Source: Octopus vulgaris (lineage: Eukaryota). Taken from it: a stretch of DNA of 64,000 bases. A model generated the notes under the pieces. The model was not told where the DNA came from. It made no database searches and was given only the letters and a program-made list of their open reading frames with translations. Position numbers and translations under genes: made by a program. The stretch covers positions 8,246,001 through 8,310,000 of the forward strand of contig OX597831.1 of NCBI GenBank assembly GCA_951406725.2, in the 5' to 3' direction. Of the stretch, positions 38,124 through 50,129 are shown piece after piece (position 1 is the first letter of the stretch; each line of letters starts with the position of its first letter).

Positions 38124-38990
38124 GTCATCTACTGCATCTCCTGCTTTCTCTCTGCCCTTCTCTATACATCGGGCAAATGGGACGCCACATGGCTGACTGG
38201 TTCGCGGAACACCTCTGAGACATCTGACTCAGCAATGAAACCTCGGTCTCGTGCAATTTCCGCTCTACCAGTCACCTTTGCAACACCTGTCTGTGTTTGG
38301 ATTGTCCTTGCACAGGGGCCATCCGGACACCCATTTGTCTCGTGAACAGGGATTAATCTTCTCTCTTCGCTCCTTTGTGCCTCATGGGCTCAATTCTCCT
38401 CCTCTTTTCATCTAACCTCCTCCCCTCTCACACCTACTTCCTTCCATCCACCTTTCCTCTCTTGCTCCGACTCCTACTTCTCTTCACTCCTACTCTCCAT
38501 CTCTCTTCTCTTCACTCCTACCCACCTTCTCCTTTCCCCCTCCCTTCATCGCCACCCCTACACAAGCCAACCCCACCTTCTCTATCCATCCCATCCCACC
38601 CCATCCCTTACACCCACTCCCACATACCTCAGCCTAACCCACACTCCACCCTTGCTTTCCCCACTCTCACCTCCCCCACATCTCAACACCATCAGACAAC
38701 ACATCACTACACCATACACCACCATACCACACAACACCACAACGCAGACACTAGCACTCCCAGCCCCACATCCACACACCTACACATACACACATGCACA
38801 TGTCAAGGTCACCAGCCCTCTTCCACGCACATACAAACTCACTTATACACGCACACCTTCGTATTGGGATCACCACTACTTTATTATCTCCCCTTCTCCC
38901 TAGCTCTCCTGTATGACCCTTCTGTCTGGCATTCGCCATGATAGATCACTAGCCACTACACATTCTTTATTTACTCTCCTTGTTTCTTTC
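38124..38990 (+). mobile_element. Penelope-like retroelement 3' remnant: decayed GIY-YIG endonuclease (38124-38415), C-rich spacer, start of pseudo-LTR
   Basis: With two frameshifts: VIYCISC/SLCPSLYIGQMGRHMADWFAEHL*DI*LSNETSVSCNFRSTSH/LQHLSVFGLSLHRGHPDTHLSREQGLIFSLRSFVPHGLNS. Shows VIY, CxxC, YIG, EH and the terminal GLN of PLE endonucleases. Confidence 0.88.
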
Positions 38991-41570
38991 ACTAATCATC
39001 CTTTCAAAGTCGATTAGATAAATACTAGTTGAGCATTGGGGGTTGATGTAATAGACTTGCCCCACTTCTCTCTGGACTTGCTGCCCTTGTGCCAAAATTT
39101 GAAGCCAATATATTACTGGTACCTGTTTTATTAAGGTTGTGAAAGCAGTTGGAAGACAGTGAACCCAAGCAAGATTTGAACCCAAGACCTATTGTTCTGA
39201 AAGTATATAATGTAACACTGTGTGTGTGTGTGTGAGTCCTGTCTCAGCTACCCCTCTCTGTTGCTTCTTCTGTGAATTTGAATCAGAATATCATACTAGT
39301 TTGTTAGTCTGACAAGAAATTACATCGTTGCCGTGGAAATTTGTTTTGACTTGTTGCCAGTATGTTGCCATATTTGTGATCTGTGATAGACTTTACTATT
39401 ATCATTAGAAACACCTTCCTCCACACACACACACACACACACCTAACATCAATTTCACTTCATTCCACAGTTTAAAGGGCATTTTTAAGGGTTGTTTTGT
39501 GAATGTGTTACTTTTCTTTTTTCTTTTCTTTTAACCAACTAAACCAAATCACTTGTGAAAATAGAGTCACTGCTTTCAGCTGGTTATTCTGTAAAAGTTT
39601 TGTGATTCATTTTTTACTGTATTTATTTATTTTGTATCTTATCATTCTTAGACTACCAGAACTGTTTCAGGAAGGGAATTTAATTCTGTTCTTCTCTTAA
39701 AATTCCATTCAACAGGATTTATTTTTTTTACTTCACTGTAAAAACACTTAGCTATGTGAAAACTAATACATTAAGCAAGTTGTAGAGTATTCAGTTAGCC
39801 TCTAACATAAATCACTCTTTATTCTCCGATTCTTTTGATCTTTGAATCAGTGTAAACCATTGTGATTTCCAATCATGAAGAAGCAGGCATCACTGCACCA
39901 TTATTATGAGAAATAGATGGAGAGGCAAAAAAAGAAGAAAAAAAAACTGCTTAACCCAAGTGGGATTAGAACCCATATTCCAAGGATTGTGTCCAATTGC
40001 TTCTTCAATAAAGGGTTCTGACGTTAATGTCAAATCTTCTATCTTTTTAATGGCAAACTAACTTATTCTGCCTTGGCAATTATTTTGTATCATTATTTAG
40101 CTGAGTATGACATTGATTTGCATCCAGTTGTGGGTCCCTGGTTCAGGAGTTTTAGGGTTATGAGAAATGTGGAACCACATCTTAGCCACTATTGTTCCCA
40201 GGTGTACTCTACACCTCTTAGGACCCAGCTATTAGTTAAATAGTATGTCATGGAATTGTCCCCAGAAGAAGGTAAGTCACAGACACCCTAAAGAATCCTG
40301 GATAGATGAGGCTCTTCAGCTCATCAAAGAAAAGGTAATCCCATACACATCCTGCGTCCTCAGAATTGCTGGGCTCATGACGCCTGTTGCACCAATCCAA
40401 GCTTGAAGGACAAAAGAGTGAGACCGGCTCTGCACAAACCATGCCTACCATAATGATAAATGTCTACTGTCTTGTTGGGTACTTAAAAAAAGACTAAGCG
40501 AGTAAGCCCCTAAAGAAAATCTGGAGGGTGGGATCCTAAGGCAGAAACGTGCAGTTTTATTTAAGCAATATCTGCTGTCACCTGTAGCTTTAAGGTTGCT
40601 ATGAATGTATTGACTTGTCTTTCCTTCCTGGCCTATCCATGTGTGAAGCAGTGATTGAATGTTCTTGCTTCTGGACACAGCCCAGGTACTGCAGATGTAG
40701 TTCAGTTGTTTCCTTGATAAACCATAAAAGACCAACCGTTTGCTGACATAAACCATCATATGATTGGACAACTAGCTTCTTAACCTTGCAGCCATGCCTG
40801 CACCTTCCTCGATATTTTTTTTCCTTACTCCTCATATATTTTCCCTAGTATTGTTAACCTACAGCAGTTTTAAACTGAACAGCAACCATTTTTATCCCTG
40901 CCTGCCCCTACCTTGCCTCTGGGATTCTGCTTGCGTAAGTCATGAAATCTCCTCCACCTCCAAATGTAAACATTAAAAAATCAAAAGAATGGTTTATCAT
41001 CACCATCATCATCATCATCATCACATGTCTGCTTTCCTTGTTGGCATGGGTTGGACAGGTCACCACAGTCTGACTCAGTTGTTATTGAAAGTTACTTCCC
41101 TCGTAGGCAGGTTAAAGGACCAAATCTTACTTGTGTATCTCATATTTTAGCATGGTTTTTAGAGTTGGTTACACAGTGTATTGGGTGGTACTGGTACCAT
41201 GGGCATTGTCTTGTTCTTTACAAAACTAAAGCGTCTGCTCTACCCTCTGCTGTCCCTGTTCATTTGTCAGCCACTTTACAGGGTGAAGTGGGTGTATTTC
41301 ATTATGGCACTGGCACTAGAAAAGTTACTATGTCTCCTGCAAGGCTAGGAATTCCTCTCTACATTGTTGTTAGTCCTTCAAGGCAAACATGAGCAAAAGG
41401 TTGAAAGGAGAGAGAGAGAGAGAGAGTGTGTGTGTGTTGAGGGTGAAATGGAATGAGTGGGGGGTGGAGGAAGAAGTAATAGGAGAGGGAGGCTGGTAGG
41501 TGTTTGTTATTGGTAATGACATTGAATAAGAAGCAGTATAAGCAGTGAATGTGTGGTGGTAGGGGAGGGA

Positions 41571-41793
41571 CTGGCAGAAACGTTAGTGCGCCGGACGAAA
41601 TGCTTAGCAGTATTTCGTCTGCCGTTACGTTCTGAGTTCAAATTCCGCCAAGGTCGATTTTGCCTTTCATCCTTTTGGGGGTCGATTAAATAAGTACCAG
41701 TTACGCACTGGGGTCGGTATAATCGACTTAATCCGTTTGTCTGTCCTTGTTTCTCCTCTCTTTGTTTAGCTCCTTGTGGGTAGTAAAGAAATA
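41571..41793 (+). mobile_element. SINE family A with 16-bp target-site duplication
   Basis: ggtaggggagggactg at 41558-41573 and 41794-41809. Confidence 0.92.
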
Positions 41794-42658
41794 GGTAGGG
41801 GAGGGACTGTGATGAATGGCAATAGTGACATTGAAAGGATAAGACAGAGTGGTAGATGTGAGTGGAGAGTCCTGTGGGATGGAAAGTGTGTGAGTTTGCT
41901 AGAAGTAAAAGAAGGGTGGGAGTACTGGATATGGGCTGATTCAGGGCCTTCATTTATGCAGGCATCATGATGGAATTGGAGATCCAGATGGATGATGGTG
42001 GATGGGGGGTTAAATGCAGACAGTTCTGATGCCATTCCTCATTCAACAGGTGACATATCACAGCGGGGTAAGAGAGATGGTGAGTGATCGATGACAGATT
42101 TAGGAATGTTTATAATTTTCCAATTGATTAAAGCTGACAATGACTCCCAATTTAATTGAATAGTGGCCTGGTTCAATAAATTTGTATTGGTGAGAGTAAT
42201 TGATTCCCAGAAGCCAATATTCTAATTTATATAGCCTTTGCTATATAAATGTTTAAAATGTCGTCTCCAGTGCAGATGACAGGCTTCTCCTCCTCCACCA
42301 CCACCAAAGGTAATGGAGTGTAATAAGAAATATTTTTCCTGTCATATTAATAATGTTTCTCTTTTCATTGTTCAGTTTTTCTGTTTGATTTCTAATTAAA
42401 TTACTTAAACCATTAACAGTTTCAATAAATCTCTCAAATGTCATGATATATATTTTCTTCTAATACCGGTTTGTCCTTGTTTGCCTCTCTTGTCTGTCCT
42501 GTTATAAAACCGACTATATTTGAAGGCAAACAAGGTGCCCTTTTTATAAAATGCCTGAAAAACATTCAGCCCAGCTCCCATATGGGAAGGTTCCATAGAC
42601 TTTAATTTCATTTCCTAAATATGCGCTTCTGAAATTGGGGTGCATCTGATAAGCCCAT

Positions 42659-42876
42659 CTTTTATCTTTTACTTGTCTCAGTCATTGGACTGTGGCCATG
42701 CTGGGGCACTGCCTTGAAGAATTTTAGTTGAACAAATCAACCCTTGGACTTTTTTTTCTCCTGTTAAGCCTGGTACTTATTCTATCATGTCTTTTTGTCA
42801 AACTGCCAAGTTATGAGAATGTAAACAAACCAACACTGGTTGTCAAGTGGTGGGTGGGGACAAACACAGACACCTT

Positions 42877-42910
<34 letters not shown>

Positions 42911-43070
42911 CGATAGGCTTCTTTCAGTTTCTGTCTACCAAATCCCCTCACAAGACTTTGGTTGCTGTGAGGTGAGAGTAGATGACACTTGTCCAAGGTG
43001 CTAAACAGTGGGATTGAACTGGGAACTTTCTGGTTGGGAAGCAATCTTCTTACCACACAATCACACCTAT
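42659..43070 (-). mobile_element. SINE family B, full length
   Basis: Collinear with 28642-29053. Confidence 0.82.
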
Positions 43071-43284
43071 CCATTCATGTGCATTTTATGCCGTCAGATA
43101 AGGTAATTATTTTACAACTTTAATTTGACCATCAAATTGGCCTCAATGGCATCATCTTCTAGCCAGGTTCCTGAGGTCCTTGTTTCTGGTACTACTGCTA
43201 CAGATATTCTATTTTGACCCTGACCATAAATGTGTATACTCACACACACACATAAGCAATGGGCTTCCACACAATTTCTGTCTA

Positions 43285-43578
43285 CATAAAAAGCACCATC
43301 CATACATGGTCGATGCCAGTGCCATCTTGACTGGCTTCCGTGCTGGTGGCACGTAAAAAGCACCAACCGATCGTGGCCGTTGCCAGCCTCCCCTGGCACG
43401 TAAAAAGCACCCACTACACTCTCGGAGTGGTTGGCGTTAGGAAAGGCATCCAGCTGTAGAAACACTGCCAGATCAAACTGGAGCCTGGTGCAGCCTCCTG
43501 GCTTCCCAGACCCCGGTCGAACCGCCCAACCGATGCTAGCATGGAAAACAGACGTTAATCAATGATGATGATGATGAT
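43285..43578 (+). mobile_element. RTE LINE 3' UTR (2 tandem units) with (GAT)n tail
   Basis: Same family as 16879-17197. Confidence 0.85.
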
Positions 43579-43793
43579 CCTGAAGGCATTTGTTGGCCTG
43601 GGATTGTCACAGAAGGCACTGAACCCAGAACCACATGGATGCAAAGCAAGCTTCTTAACTGCATTGCTACCCCTGAGTCTGAAAGTGTCTATTGCCGCTC
43701 TGGCAGTGAATTGGACCCTGGTATCCTGCGAAACCGTCAGAGATACTTACCACTACACTACCAGTGGTGGTGGTGGTGCTGCTGCTGCTGCTG

Positions 43794-44166
43794 TTGTTGT
43801 TGTTGTTATTGAGCGAAGCGGTCTTCGTCCTCTTGGGAGAAGTCCGAAACGTGGTCCTATGCTATTCGTAAGACCCGCAGAAGAGAAAGCAGGTCAACCC
43901 CCGACACCGAGATTATCGACGGATGGATGAATGCGCATCCAGGCTCAGCGGTTGCGTAGGAAGTCGGGGACAAGAAACAGGAAGAAAGAGTGAGAGAAAG
44001 TTGGAGCAAAAGAGTACAACAGGGGTCGTCACCACCCCCTGCCGGAGCCTTGTGGAGCTTTAGGTGTTTTCACTCAATAAACACACACAACGCCCGGTCT
44101 GGGAATCAAAACCGTGATCCTCCGACCGCGAATCCACTGCCCTAACCATTGGGCCATTGCGCCTCC
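43794..44166 (-). mobile_element. tRNA-derived SINE family E (alternative 3' module), (CAA)n tail
   Basis: Minus-strand head ggaggcgcaatggcccaatggttagggcagtggattcgcggtcggaggatcacggttttgattccc is shared with 54967-55274. Inserted in a (GCT)n tract. Confidence 0.8.
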
Positions 44167-45797
44167 TGCTGCTGCTGGTGGTTGTGGTGGCAATGGTGAT
44201 GACGACATTTGTGTAAAATAATAATAGATATCCGAACTCCATTTCTGTGTGTAGAGAAATAATGAGACTGAGACACTTGTGGTAGATCGTTACTGGCAAA
44301 TCAGTTCTTATCTTCCAAACAGTAAAATACCTCGATGGCATCATACTCTAGTCTGGCAAACTATTTTCTAACGTCTAATTTTAGTTCTATTGGTTTGGTC
44401 TTTTATTACTTGTCGGTGATTAGATCATTGAAAAATCAATTAAGTTTGGTCATTAGTATCTCTGAAATAGTATCAAATAAAGTAATTTTATCAATTTATT
44501 TTCAAAACTGAAACAGTTTCTGAATATTTTACTTGTGGTATTCTGGTTAATTTTTTTTTTTGTTCCCCCACCCCCAGTTCTTTACATTTTGAGTTCAAAT
44601 CATGCCAAGGTCAACTTACCCTTTCTTCCTTTCAAGGCCAGTAAAATAAAATGCTAATCAAGTCCTGGGTCACAATTAACCCCTCCCCTCAAAATTGCTG
44701 GCTTTTTGCCTAAATCAGAAACTATTTTTTTTTTTTGACATTTATTTCTTCTTAGATAAAATGGTTAATGAGTGGTGATGGATTTTGATTGAGTAATTGT
44801 CTTTTTCACACTTCCATGCACCTAACCATTCACCTGTGAAATAGACCTGGAACCTGTTTGACACTGATAGACTGTGGACAATAGGAGTTGGTGTTTTGTT
44901 ATTTAGCTACTGGTCAACCCTGACCAATCAAACCCATAATCAATGACATTTTTCTCCTGACCATTCTGGAGCTGTTTATAGTACTGACCACATTGTCTAA
45001 TGTGTCTTTCTTTTTTTAAGATTTGGCTACTATTTTTTGCCTGTCTACAACCACATACAGCCCCCACCCCTCATTAGTTGGCAATCACAGTTTTCTCCTT
45101 TAATCAAGAGAGAGAACTCATACCTTGAGCAAGTCATTCAACCAACTTTATCCAGTATTAAGGCTCTAGTTCAAGAGTTCAGGAGTTCTGAAGAGCATGG
45201 TGTCTGCACTACTTCCACGTCTTCTCTGGCCCAGGATGGTAGTATTTGTTCAGGACTCTTCTTATAGGTCAAATGGCAGAAGATGGTCTTATGGCTAAGG
45301 CACACAGGACTCAAGGGGGTTGGTCCCTAGACATGGATCATAAGGGGCCACAAATGTGTAAAGGACATGCACTGATGCCGTATGATCTAGTTCCCCACTC
45401 CCCATGCCTAAGGATTAATTAGGCCTTGAGTGAAGAAATTAACAGAGGAAATGGTAAATAAATTGGCAGACAGCATTATGAAACCACCGTTGTATCTTTT
45501 GCAGGAAGAGTCATAAATCTTTGGAATTTGGCCTGGAAGTCCATGATATATGGACACCTACAAGGATGGCACATGGGGAGAGAAATAAAGAGTGAGAGAC
45601 GCAAATGCTGAAGTTGTATGGTTTGATTGTAGCAAGAAGTGGAGATCTGTAGCTTAACCACATGGCCATTGTGTAACACCTTAAAGTTGACAAAATATCA
45701 TCAGTATTAATTTGCATTCTGCCATCGTAAATCATGACCCGTCCACCACCACCACCCGTGGTTAAACATCTAATTTTATTCTTTCTCTTTTTTCTAG

Positions 45798-45926
45798 CAG
45801 TCCGACCTCATCTCTGCATACAACAAGCCGTGTTGAACAGACTCAGGCATTCACATGGATCAAGAGCCACTTGGAAGAGAACTGTGATATCTGTCTACCC
45901 AAAAAAGAAGTTTATGAAGAATATAG
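45798..45926 (+). CDS. RFX7: RFX7-like exon, first part of the RFX DNA-binding domain (SPTSSLHTTSRVEQTQAFTWIKSHLEENCDICLPKKEVYEEY)
   Basis: Polypyrimidine tract plus tandem TAG/CAG acceptor (start 45798 or 45801), gtatca donor (45927), phase 2/2. AFTWIKSHLEE...LPKKEVYEEY is the RFX winged-helix signature. Confidence 0.95.
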
Positions 45927-45950
45927 GTATCATCATCATCATCATCATCA

Positions 45951-45959
<9 letters not shown>

Positions 45960-45981
<22 letters not shown>

Positions 45982-46198
45982 GTTATTGTTGTTGTTCATA
46001 TACACTCAACAGATTAAACTGTTGGAAAAGAAAAGGATCCTAACATCAGGCTACAACAAGTAACCTTACATGCCAAGAACCCTCCTAAGTATCCAAGCTC
46101 TCCCTAATAACACTGTTTTCTGGAGTTGTACTAAACTGGGTTTTACACCCATTTCCTGTATCCATCTGTTCAGATCTTTTGGGATAGTTTCCAATACA

Positions 46199-46199
<1 letters not shown>
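45960..46199 (-). mobile_element. Dong/R4-like (RLE-type) non-LTR element 3' end in (TAA)n
   Basis: Minus-strand VLETIPKDLNRWIQEMGVKPSLVQLQKTVLLGRAWILRRVLGM* followed by a short UTR and (TAA)n. Confidence 0.72.
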
Positions 46200-46234
<35 letters not shown>

Positions 46235-46533
46235 GTTATCGTACTGCCTGACTGGCCCCCCGTGCTGGTGGCACGTAAAAAGCACCCACTACACTCTCGG
46301 AGTGGTTGGCATTAGGAAGGGCATCCAGCTGTAGAAACTCTGCTAGATGAAATACTTACCAGTATTTTGCCTGTAACTACATTCTGAGTTCAAATTCCAC
46401 CGAGGTCAGCTTTGCCTTCCATCCTTTCAGAGTCGATGAATTAAGTATCAGTGAAATGCTGGGGTTGATGTAATCAACAAGTCCCCACCCCACAAATTTG
46501 AAGCCATGTGCCCCCAGTAGAAAGGATTGTTAA

Positions 46534-46564
<31 letters not shown>

Positions 46565-46566
<2 letters not shown>

Positions 46567-46800
46567 GTGATGAAAACTCTCAGCTTATTTTGCTGGGTAT
46601 GATGGAAGGTGTCGGCTGTCCGGCAACCAACTGACTAAGGTGACACTTGTTCACTGACCATGCTTCAAGAACCCTGCAGAGAACTTTTACAGTTCCAAGC
46701 AATGCTGATGTTTGTACATGTTCTCTCTTTACATTTGTACCAAGGTTCCTGAGCCACATTGGAAGTTAAGTGCCGATACTTCCAAGCGCACATTATTAAT
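46565..46800 (-). mobile_element. Second, divergent Dong/R4-like 3' end in (TAA)n
   Basis: Minus-strand ALGSIGT*LPMWLRNLGTNVKREHVQTSALLGTVKVLCRVLEA followed by a UTR and (TAA)n. Confidence 0.7.
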
Positions 46801-47015
46801 AACAATTTGTTGAGCTCAGTTAATAATGTTATTATCCATACGGCAGCACAAAGAAAATTCTTTCGGGAGTCTCAGCCATAATCTTTTTATTGAAGAAAAC
46901 CGGGTGGCACCGATGTGTGTGTGTGTAATATATTGTTTTCAAGAAATGATATTAATGATGTTGACAATGATGATGATGATACTAATGATTGTGATTTCTT
47001 GTTGTTATTTTCCAG

Positions 47016-47132
47016 AAACTATTGCGAAAGCCTCTCCCTTCGTCCACTCAGCACTGCTGACTTTGGCAAGATTATGAAATGTGTCTTTCCAAACATCAAG
47101 CCAAGACGTTTAGGCCAGAGAGGTCAATCAAA
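47016..47132 (+). CDS. RFX7: RFX7-like exon, RFX DNA-binding domain core ([40 protein letters not shown])
   Basis: ttttccag acceptor, 117 nt, hallmark motif A.FGK.....FP....RRLG.RG.SK. Ends at a U12-type donor GTATCCTT. Confidence 0.97.
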
Positions 47133-47889
47133 GTATCCTTCCATGCTACAAATACCAAAGTTCTTCCTTCTTTCCACTGCTCTGCTGTTTCATTTGTTGT
47201 TGTTGTTGTTGTCGTCGATGTCGTTGGCATTAAGCATTTCTTCAAGAATCTGTTCTTCTCATTTTCTATGCCGTCCATTCATTCTGATGCCACCATGAAG
47301 CAATGGCCTCGAATGGCCGGAGTGTAGATTCGTGGCTGCCCCATGTTGGAAGAGAAAGCTGAGTGTGTTGGAGAGTAGGATCAAGGAAGCACACATGGGT
47401 CAGAGAGTAAGGGACAGAGAGTGATAGTGAGAGAGATGGTGGTGAAGATGTGTTGGGGTACGTACTCGAAGGACATTGGGGGTGGTGAGTATAAGTGATA
47501 CAGGGGTTTGGGCTGGGAGGGGTTGAGGTGACTAGTAAATAATGATGGAGAGAAATATAGGAGAGGCCCGGGGTGATGGGGGTTGCAGAGGATATGTGAG
47601 GGCGGTGGCAAATAAGGGAGGTGTTAATGATGGAGAACGGTACAGTGGAGAGAAGGTGGAGACAGTAAGTGGGTGGGTGGCAGGTGGGGAGATAATAGGA
47701 AGTGGTTTCAGGTAGGGGTATGTAGTATGTGCCTATTCTGCTCTCAGGTGATAGAAAAATTATGGGTGTTAGAGGATAAAATGTTGGGGTAAATGGTTGA
47801 AGCAGATGGAGGTGGGGGTGGGGCAGAGCCCTTCATGGATAAGCATTACCAAGGTGGTTTTAGGATATCAGTTCTGTTGTGGTGGGCAG

Positions 47890-48735
47890 GTCTGCTTCGT
47901 AAGGCTCAGCATCTTGAGATTAGCCTTCCATACTTTGTCCCATGTCTTTCTGGATCTCCTTCTTCCACTAGTTCCATCCACTTTAAGTGATTGGCCCTTC
48001 TTTATGCAACTCATCCATACACATCACATGACCAAACCAGCACTAGCACTCTGTCGCACATGTACACCAACATTGCACATTCAGCAGAGCATACCAGCTT
48101 CATTCCTTTCAAATTTCCACATGTCCTCTGCCTTCACGGCCCACGTCTCACTACCATGTAGTATTGTTGTTCACCCGCATGCGTCGTACAATCTTCCTTT
48201 CACTTTAGTTGTCAACTGAGGCAAAATCTTGCTGAATTTTCTCCATTCTATTCTAACAATTACACCCTCAATACATCTCCCTCTACTATTAGGCCACCCA
48301 AGTAACTGGAATTATCCACCACCTCTGGAGAACCTCTGGGGATATGGAGAAAATCAGTTTCCTTTGTATTTGTAGACTTTATGGCTCCTGTGTGTCTTCC
48401 ACAGACAAACACTACTTTCTCTGATAGCCTTCCTGTTATTCCGCTGCACCTCATGTGTGTCCATGGTTTGGACATGGGCTGGCAGAAACGTTAGCACGCC
48501 GGGCGAAATGCGTAGCCGTATTTCGTCAGCCGTTACATTCTGAATTCAAATTCCGCTGAGGTTGACTTTACCTTTCATCCTTTCGGGGTCGATAAATTAA
48601 GTACCAGTTACGCACTGGGGTCGATGTAATTGACTTAATCCATTTGTCTGTCCTTGTTTGTCCCCTCTATGTTTAGCCCCCTTAGGGCAATAAAGAAATA
48701 GGTTTGCACTGTGTAATTACCACCTTGGAAACGTT
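47890..48735 (-). mobile_element. RTE LINE ORF2 fragment inside the U12 intron, interrupted by a SINE
   Basis: Minus-strand PWTHMRCSGITGRL...EVVDNSSYLG...KVKGRLYDAC..TTILHGSETWAVKAEDMWKFERNEAGML...GRRRSRKTWDKVWKANLKMLSLT. Confidence 0.85.
48477..48700 (+). mobile_element. SINE family A inserted in the RTE fragment
   Basis: Near-full copy flanked by ggtttg (48465-48470 and 48701-48706). Confidence 0.9.
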
Positions 48736-49004
48736 TGTCTGTGAGGGGCTGTTCCCCACCCCACCTCCATCCTCTTTGCCCCTTCAACCATTTACCCCCA
48801 CCTTTCATCCCCTTACACCCATCACTTTTCTATCACCTGAGAGCAAATTTGGTACATACTAACCCCCTGCTCCCACCCAGCTTTCTCGGGTACTTTATCC
48901 CCCCCCACCTCAAACCACTCTGACACTAGGCCTGAGGTTAAGGCATCTAATTCTTCTTGTTTCTTGTCTTTGCTTAATTGACCATTCCTTAATTCTAAAA
49001 CCAG

Positions 49005-49089
49005 ATATGTGTACAGTGGCATACGCAAGAAGCTGGAGGTACAGCCACCCGTCTTACCAGAGTTGGAAATCTCTCCAAGAAAACTGAGG
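49005..49089 (+). CDS. RFX7: RFX7-like exon, end of DNA-binding domain plus PxLPxL motif (YVYSGIRKKLEVQPPVLPELEISPRKLR)
   Basis: 85 nt, completes SKY.YSG.R. PVLPEL (49048-49065) fits the PxLPx(I/L) ANKRA2/RFXANK-binding motif of RFX5/RFX7. gtaaat donor at 49090. Confidence 0.95.
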
Positions 49090-50129
49090 GTAAATAAATG
49101 AAAGAATTTCTTTTCTGTTTCTTGAAACCTGTCTGGGAATTTCTGTTGATCTGTTTCCAGTGAGATGCCATTTCATTTTACCATCCTTGGTTGGTTTCTC
49201 TAGCATTTCAAACCTGTTACACTAAAATTAAATGTGTCTGTGTGTGACTGTTGCTGCTGCTGCTACTGTCATCAAGCAGACTTTCCAGCCATGACCATCC
49301 TGTCTTTTTCTTTTTCAGGCACAGTGTGTCCAGGACTATATTATCCAATGTGTTCTCTGCTTGTAGGGTGGGATTTGAGGGAGATTTGGCAGTTATTTCT
49401 AGTAGATTGAATGACCCTGTAAGGCAGAGCTTTCTAAACTTTTCACAATGGCAACACACTTTCTAAGAACAAAAATTTGTATGACAAATTGATTAAGTTT
49501 TGTTAACAATTAAACATCCCATCATCTCACAAATTGTACACTGAGTTGTTGGATCTCAAATATATTTCACAGCCAACTCATGTCAGCATGGAAAACACGT
49601 TAAATAATAATAATAACAATGATGACGACAACTAGTTTATTATTATTATTATTGTTATTATTATTATTATTATTCAGTGCCGCACCGACTGGCCTCCATG
49701 CTGTGGGCACGTAACAATCACCATTCGATCGCCAGCCTCATCTGGCTCCTGTGTCGGTGGCACATAAAAAACACCATCCGAGCGTGGTCGTCTGCTAGCC
49801 TTGTCTGGCACCTGTGTCGAGTTGCCCATCCCGCTCAAAAGGTCCCTGAATAAGGGTTGTTTAAGGATGTTGAAAGAACCACCCATGTTTCCAGAGGTGA
49901 ATTATTCAAACCCCAAAGAATCCCTCTCAACACATGGCTATGATACTCCCCCACTACTTCTGCTTGTGATCAGAGATGCACATATCGTCAGCCACTAAGG
50001 GACATGCTCAACTGGTTAAGGTCAAACAACTGACAAGCAAATCTGTGGAAAGCGGACGTTAAATGATGATGATGATGATGATTATTATTATTATTATTAT
50101 CATTAATAATAATAATAATAATAAAAATT

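Larger units (their letters stand above)
47133..49004 (+). other. U12-type (minor spliceosome) GT-AG intron
   Basis: 5' splice site GTATCCTTCC (47133-47142). Branch site TTCCTTAAT (48985-48993) lies 11 nt before the intron end, with no polypyrimidine tract before CAG (49002-49004). Splicing restores GQSK|YVYSGIR in frame. Confidence 0.92.

Noticed and set aside
38375-38941. 188-aa Pro/His/Thr-rich ORF, the longest in the track
   Set aside because: It is the C-rich low-complexity spacer of the Penelope remnant, which lacks stops for compositional reasons.
40202-40271. Possible 70-nt poison exon (ttcccag...AAG/gtaagt) with an in-frame TAG
   Set aside because: The donor is strong but the pyrimidine tract is weak. 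Such pseudo-exons are expected by chance in about 50 kb of intron, and nothing else supports it.
43810-43960. Structured CpG-rich segment containing GAAAC, considered as a ribozyme
   Set aside because: It has no correctly placed CUGANGA core on either strand, so I treated it as a SINE 3' module.
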